Source: Psilocybe cubensis (Eukaryota). From it: a stretch of DNA of 64,000 bases. The DNA is taken from positions 806,001 to 870,000 of the forward strand of contig CM038999.1 in NCBI GenBank assembly GCA_017499595.2. Reading direction: 5' to 3'. Below, piece after piece: positions 1-11,914 of the stretch. Position 1 is the stretch's first letter, and each line of letters starts with the position of its first letter. Under the pieces are notes generated by a model. It was given only the letters and a program-made list of their open reading frames with translations, made no database searches and had not been told where the DNA came from. The position numbers and the translations under genes were made by a program.

Positions 1-471
1 CGCGAAGGTTGACCTGGCCATTGATCATGTTGGCGAAAGTGGGGGCGCTGGAATCTACACGACCAGAAACGACAAAAATTCAGTAAAGGATACACCAATA
101 AAAACCAAGACGATAGAAATACCTTCGAAATCCGCCATGAATGTCTTTGCACCGCTGTTGAGGGCGTTGATGACCATCTTCCTGTCTGTTGGACCAGTGA
201 TTTCGACGCGACGGTCTTCCAGACCTGGGGCAGGGGGAACGCAGTGCCATGAAGGCTCGGCACGGATGTGCGCAGTCTCCTTGGGAAAGTCGAGAGGAAC
301 TCCGGAGTCCAATCTGCGTTGAGCATCCTCGCGAGCGACAAGCAACGACTGGCGAGTAGATTCGAATGTGCGATGGAGAGCGGCGAGGAACTTGAGCGCG
401 CCGTCGGTGAAGAGCTCAGCCTGAGCTTTTGGGGCTACTTTAGAATGGATCTTAACGCCTTGGACGGTCAT
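1..471 (-). CDS. MLS1: Malate synthase (glyoxylate cycle), 5' part; runs off the left edge
   Basis: Motifs [32 protein letters not shown] and, after a GT-AG intron at 122..55, [17 protein letters not shown] are characteristic of malate synthase A. Confidence 0.95.
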
Positions 472-2374
472 GGTTGGATGTGGAGATGTGGTTGGTGAGA
501 TGGGTACTGTGGTGTGAAAGATGAAAGGTGTGCTTTGAACGACTGAGGGGTTTTGTATGGTGACTGAATCAGGCCGGCTCCCCGTGATATCCGCCTGCCG
601 TATCCCGAACGGATCGACGCCACGTTCCGAATTCGGAATGTCCTATATCACATGAAACTCCGCCTTTTGCCTCTGCTCCGTCGACTCCGTACCAATGGCA
701 GCAAAATGGCAGGCAACACAGGCAAACTCTTCGGCATCGCTGCTCACCACTAATCCACTAACCATCCACAAGTCTCCCCGCTTAGAATACAGCACCGAGT
801 GCCGGCTCCGGTATCCTTCCGGACGGAGATCCAGTTAGGCATGCCGCATCGAACGAAGATGTTCTGCATTTCGACTTGATTAACGACTAATCGTTTAAAA
901 CCTGGCTCGGTGAATGCTACAGACAACATAAATGTCTCTAAAATGATTATCCATCAGCGTAGAGGATAGGACGGATCTTGGTAGCCCAGTCGGAGTCCCG
1001 GGCACTTGTACTAACAATGGAAATGGAACGGCATAGCGGTGCGTGGGTATGAGTTGTGGATAATACAAACTGATATCATATGCTGTTCATAGTAAAGAAT
1101 TACAGCATAAATCACCACTGTACAGATGGATGCTCCATTGATTCTTAGAACCACTATTACAATGCCGGTTGGTGCTTTGACACTCGTTAGGCTATCATCC
1201 CTTTCTTGAAGATTTCGTGTTCGTTTTTGCCAGCCTGGCTCTACACCTTGTGCTACCTAATCGGACATGAGACAAGTAACCATAAAATAGGTTGATATAT
1301 TGATAAATAATATACAGAGTGGCTGAGAATGCATCATTAACATCTGGTTGATTCCCGTCCTCGTCATGGAAGGTCCCGCATTTAGGCCAGACGACTAAAT
1401 TCTCAAGAACTTGTCTTTTTACTTAGTATGTTATGGAGACACACAATTCTCCGGCGTCAAATCAGCGCCTAATTTCTGACAATCTTACGTCATTATGTTT
1501 TCTTCTGGATGTATACTCGGGCTTGGAGCTAGGCAAGGGATTCCTCTTGCTCCCCTGACAAGTCAATATGTGCCCAATTTAAATAAATCAGATATTATTG
1601 CACGTCCAAAATAAACATATTCTACTCGCTACGCTGGAAAACCGTTCAGCCTCCACTGACACCTCTGGTCCATGTAACCTGCCGGAGCCTTATGACACAA
1701 ACATTATCTGGTTATCTGATAATCGAGCTCCGCATAAAAAAACTCCGTACATACATAAATGATCTTACCGATTCCTTCTATCTGATCCGTGAACTCGACC
1801 CTTCATCTTAGTCGTAATCCTCCGTTACTGGTGCACCGCCAATCTAAATGAAATGCTTTATTGGGCAGATATTTCCAAATAGAGGTATGTATTGATCACT
1901 CCTGAATTAAGCACAATCTTTGGGAAGACCACGACTACTAGAAACTCAACAAACGCTTGAAAAACCCGAACGAATTTTACACACTGGCATACCACTTACT
2001 AGGCTGCTTCACTAAGGTTTGACCACTATATCGCCAACGTATCATATCGTTAATGTTCACTTCAACAGATCACGTAAATTGCGATTATGCAATGGAGGCG
2101 ATCCAGACAGAGTTCAGGTGTGATGAGGAGTATGAGTCGTTGGCTACTCGCGCACCCGCTCCATCTTTTTATATAGTCGTGACATGCCGTGGCGGAGTTC
2201 TAACTACGGGTTCTGCGGACGTATAAGTGTTGGCATGACAAATGTCAATCAAGGGTAGACGAACCGTCCATTGACTCGGATTCACGGTGTAGAGGTCTTC
2301 CCCATGCCAATGACTGATTTCCTGGTCAAACACAATCCGCTCTACTGAGCTTGTGAGGTACGAAGTGTGATATT

Positions 2375-4069
2375 ATGTTCTTAACATACATGCTAAAAAT
2401 GCTTCCGTGCCACTGGGTCAATAACAAAGATTCCCAAGCGACAAAAATGCTCGCAATCGAGCTACCCCTGGGTCAAAATCGCAATATATGTCCATACAAC
2501 TGCCTTGATCCCTACAGCTATGTTCCCGCGGACTGCCCTCTTCCAGTATGCACAGTTTGTGCAAACATAGCCAGTTTGGATGCAGAAATTTATGGGGTGC
2601 ACGACCAACTTGGAGAGCTGTTAAAGGAGCGTAGGGTTAACGAACGGCAGGTCAATGTCGGCCACAACATATCTATCCATCGTTTTCCAGTCGACGTTAT
2701 GGCCATCATATTCCATTTTTACGACTTGCTCAATGAACGCAAGCCGATGACGTCGCCTCTTGTACTCGGAGGCGTATGCGAAAGATGGAGAGATATTACG
2801 CTGCAGACGCCCCTATTATGGGATAGAGTTGTTGTTCTCCCGCCGAGAGACTCTACAGAGCTTGGTTTGGTTAAACTGTGGCTTGATCGCTCGGAAACAG
2901 TACCTCTTTCCTTAACGGTTCAGCATAAACACCCGAGTCCCACCCCTTGTCCCCCTTTTGAAGATCTTATCACGCTTCTCAGGCTACACTCTTCTCGTTG
3001 GACAACTCTTAAGCTCATCGCCCCTGCCTCGGTAATACATGCCTTACTTCACAATCTTGAGAATGTCCCAGATGTTATTCGCCTACGAATGGATATTCCG
3101 AGCAATGACAGAATGGAAAGCATCTCTATGCGAAAGCTATTACGGCCAAGGACATTTCATGCCAAAAAGACGTCTATCCAGCAAACCTTTTTGGCATGGG
3201 ATAACCTCACGCGCTTGGACGTGGCCGCGATAAAGATGGACGAACTGGTCCATATAATTCGCTGCGGAAAACATTTGACAGAATGTACGGCCATGTATAT
3301 TGCCAAACACGGACGGTCTTTTCCACTGCCCTCTGCGCCATTTGTTCACAAATCTTTGAAGTACGTCAAAACGACCTCCTCCTCTAACCTTTCAGACTTT
3401 TTGCGGTATCTTACTCTCCCGTCCCTGCGAAAGCTCCACTACGACTTTCTCTGGGAAAACGCATGGACGTCTGTTCCTGCGCTTAATGCATTCCTTGATC
3501 GTTCCTCGGCTTCTCCCGAGACCTTCAGCTTTACCTTCAGCCTAGAACCTCAACATCATCAACAAGTTGATTGGGTAACCTTGAGGGACCTTCCTAGGAT
3601 CACACATATGGTACTCGATATCGAACACAACACTCGATTTGATATGACGACGGCCCTTTTTTCTAGACTCAGTGATACTGCAGACGTTTATCTCCCTCAT
3701 CTTCGTGCGCTTAAAATCACTACGCCAACGATGTCACAAGAATCCTGGCGCCACTTTCATAAATTCCTCGGAGGGATACACAACAAACACGACGACCCCA
3801 ATCATCCACGAAGTAACATTCACAATCCTTTCCCTATTGTCTCCGCTACATCCTCCCTTCCCAACACCATTACTCGAAAAGCTCAGAGACCATTGGAATC
3901 GGTAATAATTCACCTAAAAGACCGTTTTACCAGCGATATGGCGAGAATGATGGATCCCTATCTTCCGTATTTTCTTGACGTCGAAAAATTTGGGGTGAGC
4001 CTCAAATTGGTCGATTCTATGGACTTTGATATGCTTCACAGGCCACCGAAGGTCACTGCGAAAGGCTGA
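2375..4069 (+). CDS. F-box-like/LRR-like protein of the expanded agaricomycete family; apparently single exon; true start may be a downstream ATG (~2447)
   Basis: 564-aa ORF with an N-terminal Cys cluster, a coiled segment, an F-box-like motif (HRFPVDVMAIIF...LGGVCERWRDITLQTPLLW) and then LxxLxL repeats. Confidence 0.75.
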   Translation: MFLTYMLKMLPCHWVNNKDSQATKMLAIELPLGQNRNICPYNCLDPYSYVPADCPLPVCTVCANIASLDAEIYGVHDQLGELLKERRVNERQVNVGHNISIHRFPVDVMAIIFHFYDLLNERKPMTSPLVLGGVCERWRDITLQTPLLWDRVVVLPPRDSTELGLVKLWLDRSETVPLSLTVQHKHPSPTPCPPFEDLITLLRLHSSRWTTLKLIAPASVIHALLHNLENVPDVIRLRMDIPSNDRMESISMRKLLRPRTFHAKKTSIQQTFLAWDNLTRLDVAAIKMDELVHIIRCGKHLTECTAMYIAKHGRSFPLPSAPFVHKSLKYVKTTSSSNLSDFLRYLTLPSLRKLHYDFLWENAWTSVPALNAFLDRSSASPETFSFTFSLEPQHHQQVDWVTLRDLPRITHMVLDIEHNTRFDMTTALFSRLSDTADVYLPHLRALKITTPTMSQESWRHFHKFLGGIHNKHDDPNHPRSNIHNPFPIVSATSSLPNTITRKAQRPLESVIIHLKDRFTSDMARMMDPYLPYFLDVEKFGVSLKLVDSMDFDMLHRPPKVTAKG

Positions 4070-4339
4070 TCTTAAATGCTGCATTTTCTTGTCGATTTCT
4101 TGTATGATATGCTGAAGATGTATTTATTATTCATATCCCTGCTAGCGCTTGTTCCAGTTTGTCCTTAGTTGTACTACTATTACCGACCACTATTACTTAT
4201 GCCTCTCATTAGATTGAATGTATCATAATCTTCAATGGCTACCAAAAAACAAAGCCTTGTCACCTATTAAACAACACGCTTGTTTCGCAAGTAGGAGCTA
4301 CGGGCTTGATTTACGCCAGATATACCATTGGTTCCCTAA

Positions 4340-5508
4340 CACGATGGGCACCTAACTGTCATGTGGCTATCTAACATGTTAGCTAGGTTGTTGCCATAAT
4401 ATTGTACTACGTTAATTGTCATGTAATTGTCATGTTAACTGTTGGTTAACTGTCATGTTTTTTGAGTCACACTCTGTCTTGTCACTCAAGACCATGGGGT
4501 CCAGTAGATACATATCCGGTTGACTTGGGGGAAAAATGAAAGGACATGTAGAGTGTATATATTAACACTGCACCACCTGGCCAATATTAAACACTAGGGG
4601 CATTGGCTTAAGAAAACAGTAATTTGTCTGAATTTTTTTGATTGATCAAGTTGCAATTAAATTTCAAGATTTATTGACAATAAAATTCATGTGGTGCACA
4701 TCATGGCGGTATTTGAATCCATCAATACCCATGCCGAACGGCCGTTCTCAAAGGTATTCCTATTCATATCAATTTCTTCCAATATGGCGCGTACTCGCGC
4801 GTTAGAGAGACAGCATGCACCTACTAGATATCAGCAAAATAAGGACAAGAATCTCACTTCCTGGGAAAAAATGGCAATTTTCCTCATTAACGATGCAAAA
4901 ACGGTCGACGAGCAAATAGTCGCAACCATGTTCTCACATCTCGCAAACTAAGATTGGAAATCACGTCGATTACAGGCTGAGAGGCTTTCTATAGATGGGT
5001 GTGATCGTTTACAGAATGCGCACCTTGCCAGGCATTGGAAAACATAGCTGAAAACGCGCGCAAAGAGGAGACGCGCCGCGAAATAAAGACGCGTTTCGAC
5101 GCGTCAAAGCTCCTTGACTACGCCGTTGCTGCGGTCGGCATGTTGGCCGCTTTTAAGCTCATTCAAACTCAGAAAAGCACACCAACAGTATATACCACAT
5201 GAATTTTACTACCAAGAACGTCAGCTAAACTGTTCCACATGGTTTTAAAAATTAAACAACATCGTAAAAAAGAGAATTGAGTAGCACTATTGTCCCCAAG
5301 TCGACCGGTTATGTAACTGCCAGTTTGGGACTTGAAGACTATTCACGGTTCACAGAGACTTACTGGGTCTTGAGTGACAAGGTAGAGTGTGACCCAAAAA
5401 ACATGACAGTTAACATGACAATTACATGACAATTAACATAGTACAATATTATGGCAACAACCTAGCTAACATGTTAGATAGCCACATGACAGTTAGGTGC
5501 CCATCGTG
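4340..5508. mobile_element. Non-autonomous TIR DNA transposon (MITE-like), CACG...CGTG termini, 3-bp TAA target site duplication
   Basis: 4340-~4493 is the near-perfect reverse complement of ~5366-5508. TAA flanks both ends (4337-4339, 5509-5511). The TGTCATGT motif recurs within the TIR. No transposase-sized ORF inside. Confidence 0.85.
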
Positions 5509-5806
5509 TAAGTCCTTGGGTCGGTAACGGAAAAATATCACAGATAGACCGATACACCGGCCCATTCAATAAGAACTTTAGATACTGAGAATACGCTAGC
5601 TGGTGCTGACACTTCGTATAAATATTTCGAGCGGTGCTATACAAGTAGTGCGACGTTTAAAATCAACAGAGTTCACAATGATGTAGCCTAAGAATGAATC
5701 TTGGCAACGTGTCTTGGTTAAAACCGCCGAAAGTCAACAATTGGCGGCTTGGTTGCTTCTTCCTTTACTTCAACGACAACGTTCTTACTGACCAAATACT
5801 AACACG

Positions 5807-6781
5807 ATGGACCACGGGGGACATGGCGGACACGACGGGCACGACATGCCCACCATGGCGCGATGCAAGATGAACATGCTCTGGTACGCCTAATTCCAGT
5901 TCTATTTACTAAGGTCGCAGCCAACAGCCATACCTGCACTTTGTTTAGGAACACCGATATCATCGACACCTGCATCGTCTTCAAGAGCTGGCACATACGC
6001 ACATCTACCGGCTTCCTCCTTTCATGCCTTGCCATCGTCGCGTTGGGTGTTCTGTACGAGTACCTTCGCGGCGTCCAACGGGATCTCGACAAGCGCATTG
6101 CGCTGTCGCTCGCTGCGGGCAAGGCAAAAGGGAGGGAGAGGAGCAGGACCAGGGACGGAGATTCAGGGCAGTCGGAAGGTAATGTCGCTACGCTTGTCGA
6201 TGTCGAGGAGGTCGATTCGGAGGAGGCGGGGTTGCTGACTGGTCGACGGGCACTGAAATCGTCTCTTACAGGGTGAGTCCGACTCTATTGGCTTATTTGG
6301 TGTTGTGCATGCCCCGTTCCATCTGTCTTGGGCTCTCGGAGCACAAGGCATGAACTCGAACCTGAATTGAACGCTTTTCTAACTGCGCATTGATCTCCAG
6401 CACCCCAGTGCCGCCTGTGTCGCGCGCCCTCCGTGCTGCCGTATACGGAGCGACGGTGTTCCTCAGCTTCTTCCTCATGCTGGTGTTCATGACATACAAT
6501 GTACGCAATATTTCTCTTCCTCTTTTTTACTCTTTCATCATAACGATGTTCTTCCTTTCGATCATCCTAAAACGCTCTGCACTGCTCTACCATCGCCTAT
6601 CACCGATGCCCAAATGGAATGACTTTCGATTTTCCGACCTCGAAATGTGTCACCACAGGCCTATCTAATTTTCGCCACCGTCCTCGGTGCTGCGCTCGGT
6701 CACTACATCTTCGGCGCAACGATCAACGTTGACGCCATCCTCTCGGAGTCGAGTGGTGGAAAGGGAATGGCATGCCATTAA
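5807..6781 (+). CDS. Ctr-family copper transporter (Ctr2-like), 4 exons: 5807-5883, 5949-6272, 6401-6500, 6659-6781
   Basis: His/Met-rich N-terminus MDHGGHGGHDGHDM, CKMNMLWN motif, MLVFMTYN (MxxxM), GxxxG in the last TM and C-terminal ACH; canonical GT-AG introns keep the frame. Confidence 0.93.
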
Positions 6782-7754
6782 TACCAGCGGTTCCGATGAC
6801 TGACTCAGGATTTACCATCCTCGACTCTTTGCCGAACGATCCATGGCCAACGGATTTTTTTGGAATTAGGCTCGCTACTTTCGGTCTATGCAATGCGTTG
6901 TGTCGTTGTGTCGGTGACTCCCGCTCTGCGGGGATCCCTGGGCCAACGTTAAATTTCTCTGGATCTCTGATTTTCTTGTTGGATCTATCTATCAGCTTGC
7001 TTATATACCTTCCTCTTGTTTGCTTGCTGTTTGCCTGCTTTCTTGCGTCGATTCATTGATCCTGTTGCCATAAGTGCGTGTGTATGACCCGTTGAGCATC
7101 TATCATTTACCTGTACGTTCGAATTCTCATCAAGATTAGACATCACATCGCATCTTCGCAAGACAAACAAACAATTTATGGCATGAATCCATGAATTATA
7201 CTCTGACTCTGTTGATGATTTTCTGGCAACCATGGACAATATCTACCAGGCTTTTGACTTTCCATGGCCACGATTGAGGGTCACTGGTGCAAACATTGAA
7301 GGCCTGAAGGCCATATCACGTTAATACAACGTTCATTTGTGTGTTGGACGCATTCTTTCCGTTTGTTCTACAGGTTCTACAACGTTGTTTCATTACAGGT
7401 ACGAACGCTGCGATAAATGTAGCAAAATAACTGGAGGCCGTCTGCCAATTTTCATTTAGACCTCTCGATATGCTCCCAGGAATAGAACCTTCCTGAATTG
7501 TATCAGAAAGGCCGCGGATCGCCAACTATTTGAACACTGATCCAGGTTTTCAATGTCCTCTCATACTGTGATGGGGTCGTCAAAATGACACGAGTTTGAC
7601 ATTCAGCACAAACACGCTCCTATGGTACGCAACATGCCATAGAGCGACCAACTACAGGACACGAGGATAATGACTTATATGCCTTTGGGATGCCCGCAAA
7701 CACAAGCTCAACAGTTTCTTTACATCTCTTTCCACTACCGCACGTTTGATTGAC

Positions 7755-10700
7755 ATGGCGAAAATACTTGCTTGGCTATCTGGAAAGCAGTCAGAGCATG
7801 CTGATGAAGCAAGCTCAGCTGACGGAGGATCGGTATGTCTATTTGACTACTACAGAATAGGTATCATTTATAGCTAACTTTCATAATTTTGGACAATAGG
7901 GCGAGAACGATGTCGTTCCTGGGGTTGAAGAGTATTTATTGGATGCAGGGATGGCAACTATTACAACTTTACAGACTCTTTCTGCACTTGCTCCGCCGCT
8001 CTCTGTCGTCTCGCCGGTCCTTGAACTAGCCGTGCGCATTGTCCGGACCTGTGAAGTATGGATGGACGATTTAAATATACTTTAAATAACCAAACTCACT
8101 GTACACCCGCAGACGATCTCGCAAATCAAGGGCGAGATAGAACAACTTCAACGACGCGTCTGTTCTCTGGGTGTCTTGGTTGTCAACAAATCGCAACAGC
8201 AACAGCAACTACCATCCAATGGCGGTAGCGATCCAGATTTTGATGAAACCATCAAAACTCTTCAGTCGTAAGCTCTGAGTGACAATCTGCGCAAATATGC
8301 TTGGTACTGACTGTCTCCTAGTACTCTCAACAGTGTTGTCAAAGATTTGGAGACAATAAAACGACAGAACAAATGGCTCCTGATTATATGGCCAGACCTC
8401 AATAGGGGCAAAGTAGTAAAACGTATGGGGGACTTGGATTACGCTCTCCAAACCTACTTTGTACGTGGTTTTTTTTTTCTTCACTGCAAGTCGGATGTTA
8501 TTTACGATAATTTATAGGTGTCCCACAACGTTCGCGTTGCAGAGGTTCTCACGAGTTTGCGGTCAACGATGAATCGCGTTGATGAAAACGTTATTATAAT
8601 GAAAGACCAGGTCCAGCGCCTGATGGATTGTACACAAACACAGCAACCGCACTGCTCAGAAAGCACTGGCAAAGACGATATCCCCACCAACTTTGACACT
8701 TTTTATGGTCGGGTAGATGATGTTGCCACCATTGTGCAATGCCTCACGGATCAGCACAATGGTAATGACTCCAGGCAACATGTCTGGATCAATGGTCCTC
8801 CTGGGATAGGAAAGACGTCCCTGGCGCTGGAGTTGATCCGTCATCCTGCGGTAGTGAAAACCTTTGGCAAATATCGATTTTGGGTGCCATGCACGAAGGT
8901 TATGTCTCACCAACACTTCATACGTATTCTTTACACTCAGCTGTCGATCACTGCGCGGTCATACGACGGTCTCGAGACGCTGATCGACGAGCTGAGCGCG
9001 ACGAACGACCGAAGATTGGTACTGCTGGATCACTTCGAAACCGTATGGGATTTGGACGGCGTCGACGAAAGCCAAAGCCGCGTGCAGGGTATCCTGTCTC
9101 GGCTTGCAAGTTTGCCAAACGTAACGTTGCTTGTCACCATCACTTCGTCCCAGCCGCCCCCCAAGCATCCGCGATTCCAATGGCTGGATACGAAGCTCGA
9201 CGTCCTTGACTCGGAATTCGCCGTCGAGGTTTTTAACTTCCACTATGAAGGACAAAATCGGGAAGAAGTCAAGAGCCTCCTGGACAAGGTCGACCGTATC
9301 CCCTTGCTTATCAAACTTATGGCCATCGATGCACGCAATTCGAAAATGTCGATTGCAGACCTAGCAGAAGAGCAGGGTAATGGTCGCTCGACATCCATGG
9401 ATAATAGGATCAAGTCCTCCTTTGATGTCATTTTGCGCGACTCGAATCCCGAAGTTTTGGAGCTCTTCGCTGTGCTGTCAATGCTCCCCGCAGGTACAAC
9501 GTTCGACAGACTGGGTAAAATATGGGCTCCAACCAGGACCGATCCAACAACAGGGCAACAAAAAACTATCGCAACAAGCTCCAACGTCTCCTCTTTACAA
9601 TCATCAGCCTTCCTGGTAAATCTAAAGGCGACAGACAAGAGCGAAAGCAACAAGCTGTTGTTATTCGCCATCTTTCGCAAATACATCCGGCAACACAATA
9701 TGGTCTCGCGCGAGGTGAAACGGCACGTCCTGGACGCATGCTACGAGTACGTAACCAAACGCCGGTCTCATCCAGACGACGCGCATTTCAAATCATACAT
9801 ATCCGAGCTCGCAAGCGAAGAGGACAACATCATCTGCCTGCTCCAAGAAACGGACTCCAGCGCGCCGGACCCCAAGCGCCGCGCACAGGCGCTCGTCGGA
9901 TTCAGCTACTACCTCTCCAAGAAAAAACAGAGCGTCGAGTGCGCACGGGTCGCCAGGGACGCGGCGCACGCTGCGAAAGACGATCGCAGCCTCGCGCAGG
10001 CGCTGGTGCTCCTCGGGAAGCTGTGCCACCGCGTGGCGAAGTACGACGAGGCGTGTGAGCACTTTGTCGGTGCACAGAGCATTTTCGCGGACAAGCTGGG
10101 CGATAAGGCGCATGCGGCCGAGTGCTTGCTTGATCTTGTGCGAACGTGGCGGTACATGGAAAAAGGCACGAAAAGTATCAGTGAGATGAAGAAAATCACG
10201 GAGAAGGCTAATAAGATGTTGACCTCTACCAAGCCGAAGCCGAACTCCAAGGAAGCAAAGAAGGGCGCTGGACAGAGCAAAGACGGTACCGACGAGGTGA
10301 ATCGCTATCGCTATAACGTCGCCCGCGGGAAACTAGGACTGGGCCGGCACTACCTGTACACTCAAGACTGGCAAAAGGCCAAGGTGTTCTTCGAGGACGC
10401 GCTCGCCGTCTTCCAAGAACTCAACAACAGCGGCAGCACATCCGAGTGTCTCCACAACCTCGCAAAGATCGAAGCCACATCAAAAGCAAACTACCAGCGC
10501 GCCATCGAGCTAGCTCGGCAGGCGCTCGTCGCCGCGGACGAGTCCGGGGAAGATACACTCGTCACCTACGCCTTTGAGCTGCTCGCGTGCTACTACCTGA
10601 TAACGCGGGACTACAAAAGCGCCACGGACGTTCTGCTCGAAAGCATCCCGAAGACGATCTCGCTGGGTGACCTGCTCATCATCTCGCGGGTCAACGAACA

Positions 10701-10893
10701 GCTCGCGTATCTGTATGCTGCTGTAGCCCAGAGAGATAAGGCGGTCAAGTGTTATGACGAGTCGCGTGTAGGGTTTGGTAAGATCCAGGGTACGCCTGGA
10801 GGAAGGGCAGGTCGCGCTCGATGCGAGCGGAACCTTGAGGTTCTCCGGCGCGAGCCATTCCACTTTGAACAAATCGAATTGAATCGCTTCTGA
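7755..10893 (+). CDS. Fungal NLR-like protein: N-terminal helical (MLKL-like) domain + STAND P-loop NTPase + TPR repeats; exons 7755-7832, 7900-8055, 8113-8267, 8322-8460, 8518-10893
   Basis: Walker A GPPGIGKT, Walker B LVLLDHFETVW, RIPLLIKLMA (GxP-like region), LSMLPAG and C-terminal TPR-like helical repeats. Four upstream exons splice in frame through canonical introns. Confidence 0.85.
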
Positions 10894-11379
10894 GCCACCG
10901 TTTGTGCTACCATCCAGCCGCCCTGCCCCCCAACTTTTTTTTTTTCATTTCATTCATGCCAGTAAACCTGACAGATCCGACATCTACTGGTACCTGTAAC
11001 ATCATGGAGTTGAACTTCTGCATTCTGCAAGCATTTTATTTACAACTTTTCACCTAGATAGCCTACAATAAAATAATTAATTTAACACTAACCATCCAAT
11101 CCATTCATTCTCCAGTCATGTCTTTGAAAAAATTGAAATCTGGCGCGACCGGTGTGTAGGTGTAGCAACAGACTAACAGACTAACAGTACAACCCTACAA
11201 CCCTACAGCCCTATAATTATAAAATTGTGCCAAGTTAGTAGCTAGTAGCTAGTGCCCTTCCGACGCACACCCGTCTTTGTCACAAAGCGGTAAAGCGGCA
11301 AAGCGAAAAAAACAGGCGCAAAGCGGGAAAAAAACAGGCGTAAAGCTGTAAAACCGTAAAAGCAGGCAAAAGGGACAAC

Positions 11380-11720
11380 ACCAATACTAATCCCAATCCC
11401 AATACCAATACCAATACCAATACTACGACGAATACTAAACACACATCCACACGAACAACCCTAAAAGTTCGAACACAACTACTACTACTAGTACAAACAA
11501 AAACAAGCACAATTACGAACACAAACACAAACACAAATAAAAACACAAACACAAATAAAAACACAAACACAAATAAAAACACAAACACAAATATAGCGTA
11601 CTAGCAGTCTGGCACAATCGCTGCTCGGCTTTCATTTCGCAATTTCGCATTGTCGCATTTCGCATTTCGCATTTTCCCAATTTCGCAATTTCACATTTCG
11701 CAATTTCGCATTTCGATCTG
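11380..11720. repeat. Compound simple repeats: (AATACC)n, ~18-nt unit AAACACAAACACAAATAA x3-4, (TTTCGCA)n-like
   Basis: Directly visible tandem units at 11395-11421, 11519-11591 and 11630-11715. Confidence 0.9.
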
Positions 11721-11914
11721 GCACACCATTCCCATTCCCAATCACATCAATCCATATGTCATGCGCATGAAAGTACAGTACAGTATAACCACAACCACAA
11801 ACCACAAATCAAGTACACACCCATCCTCCTTTCCCTTCCTCCTTTCCCCTCCTCCGTTCCCATTCCCCTCCTCCTTTCCGCCTTTCCTCTCATAAAAACT
11901 GCCACCCCTCACGC

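Noticed and set aside
4691-4951. 86-aa ORF inside the TIR element as a possible transposase remnant
   Set aside because: No DDE, zinc-finger or HTH motif recognisable, and too short.
5799-5810. 12-nt identity (CTAACACGATGG) between the Ctr start context and the left end of the TIR element (4336-4347)
   Set aside because: Short, noticed post hoc, does not extend, and overlaps a conserved start codon; chance is sufficient.
8656-10872. Antisense and alternate-frame ORFs over the NLR gene and other long CDSs
   Set aside because: Expected shadows of GC-rich coding sequence, with no independent motifs.
11189-11215. AACCCTAC repeats resembling telomeric CCCTAA
   Set aside because: Only 2-3 imperfect units within a region full of arbitrary stutters.
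11500-11600. Regular repeats as a CRISPR-like array
   Set aside because: No unique spacers, low complexity, eukaryotic context.
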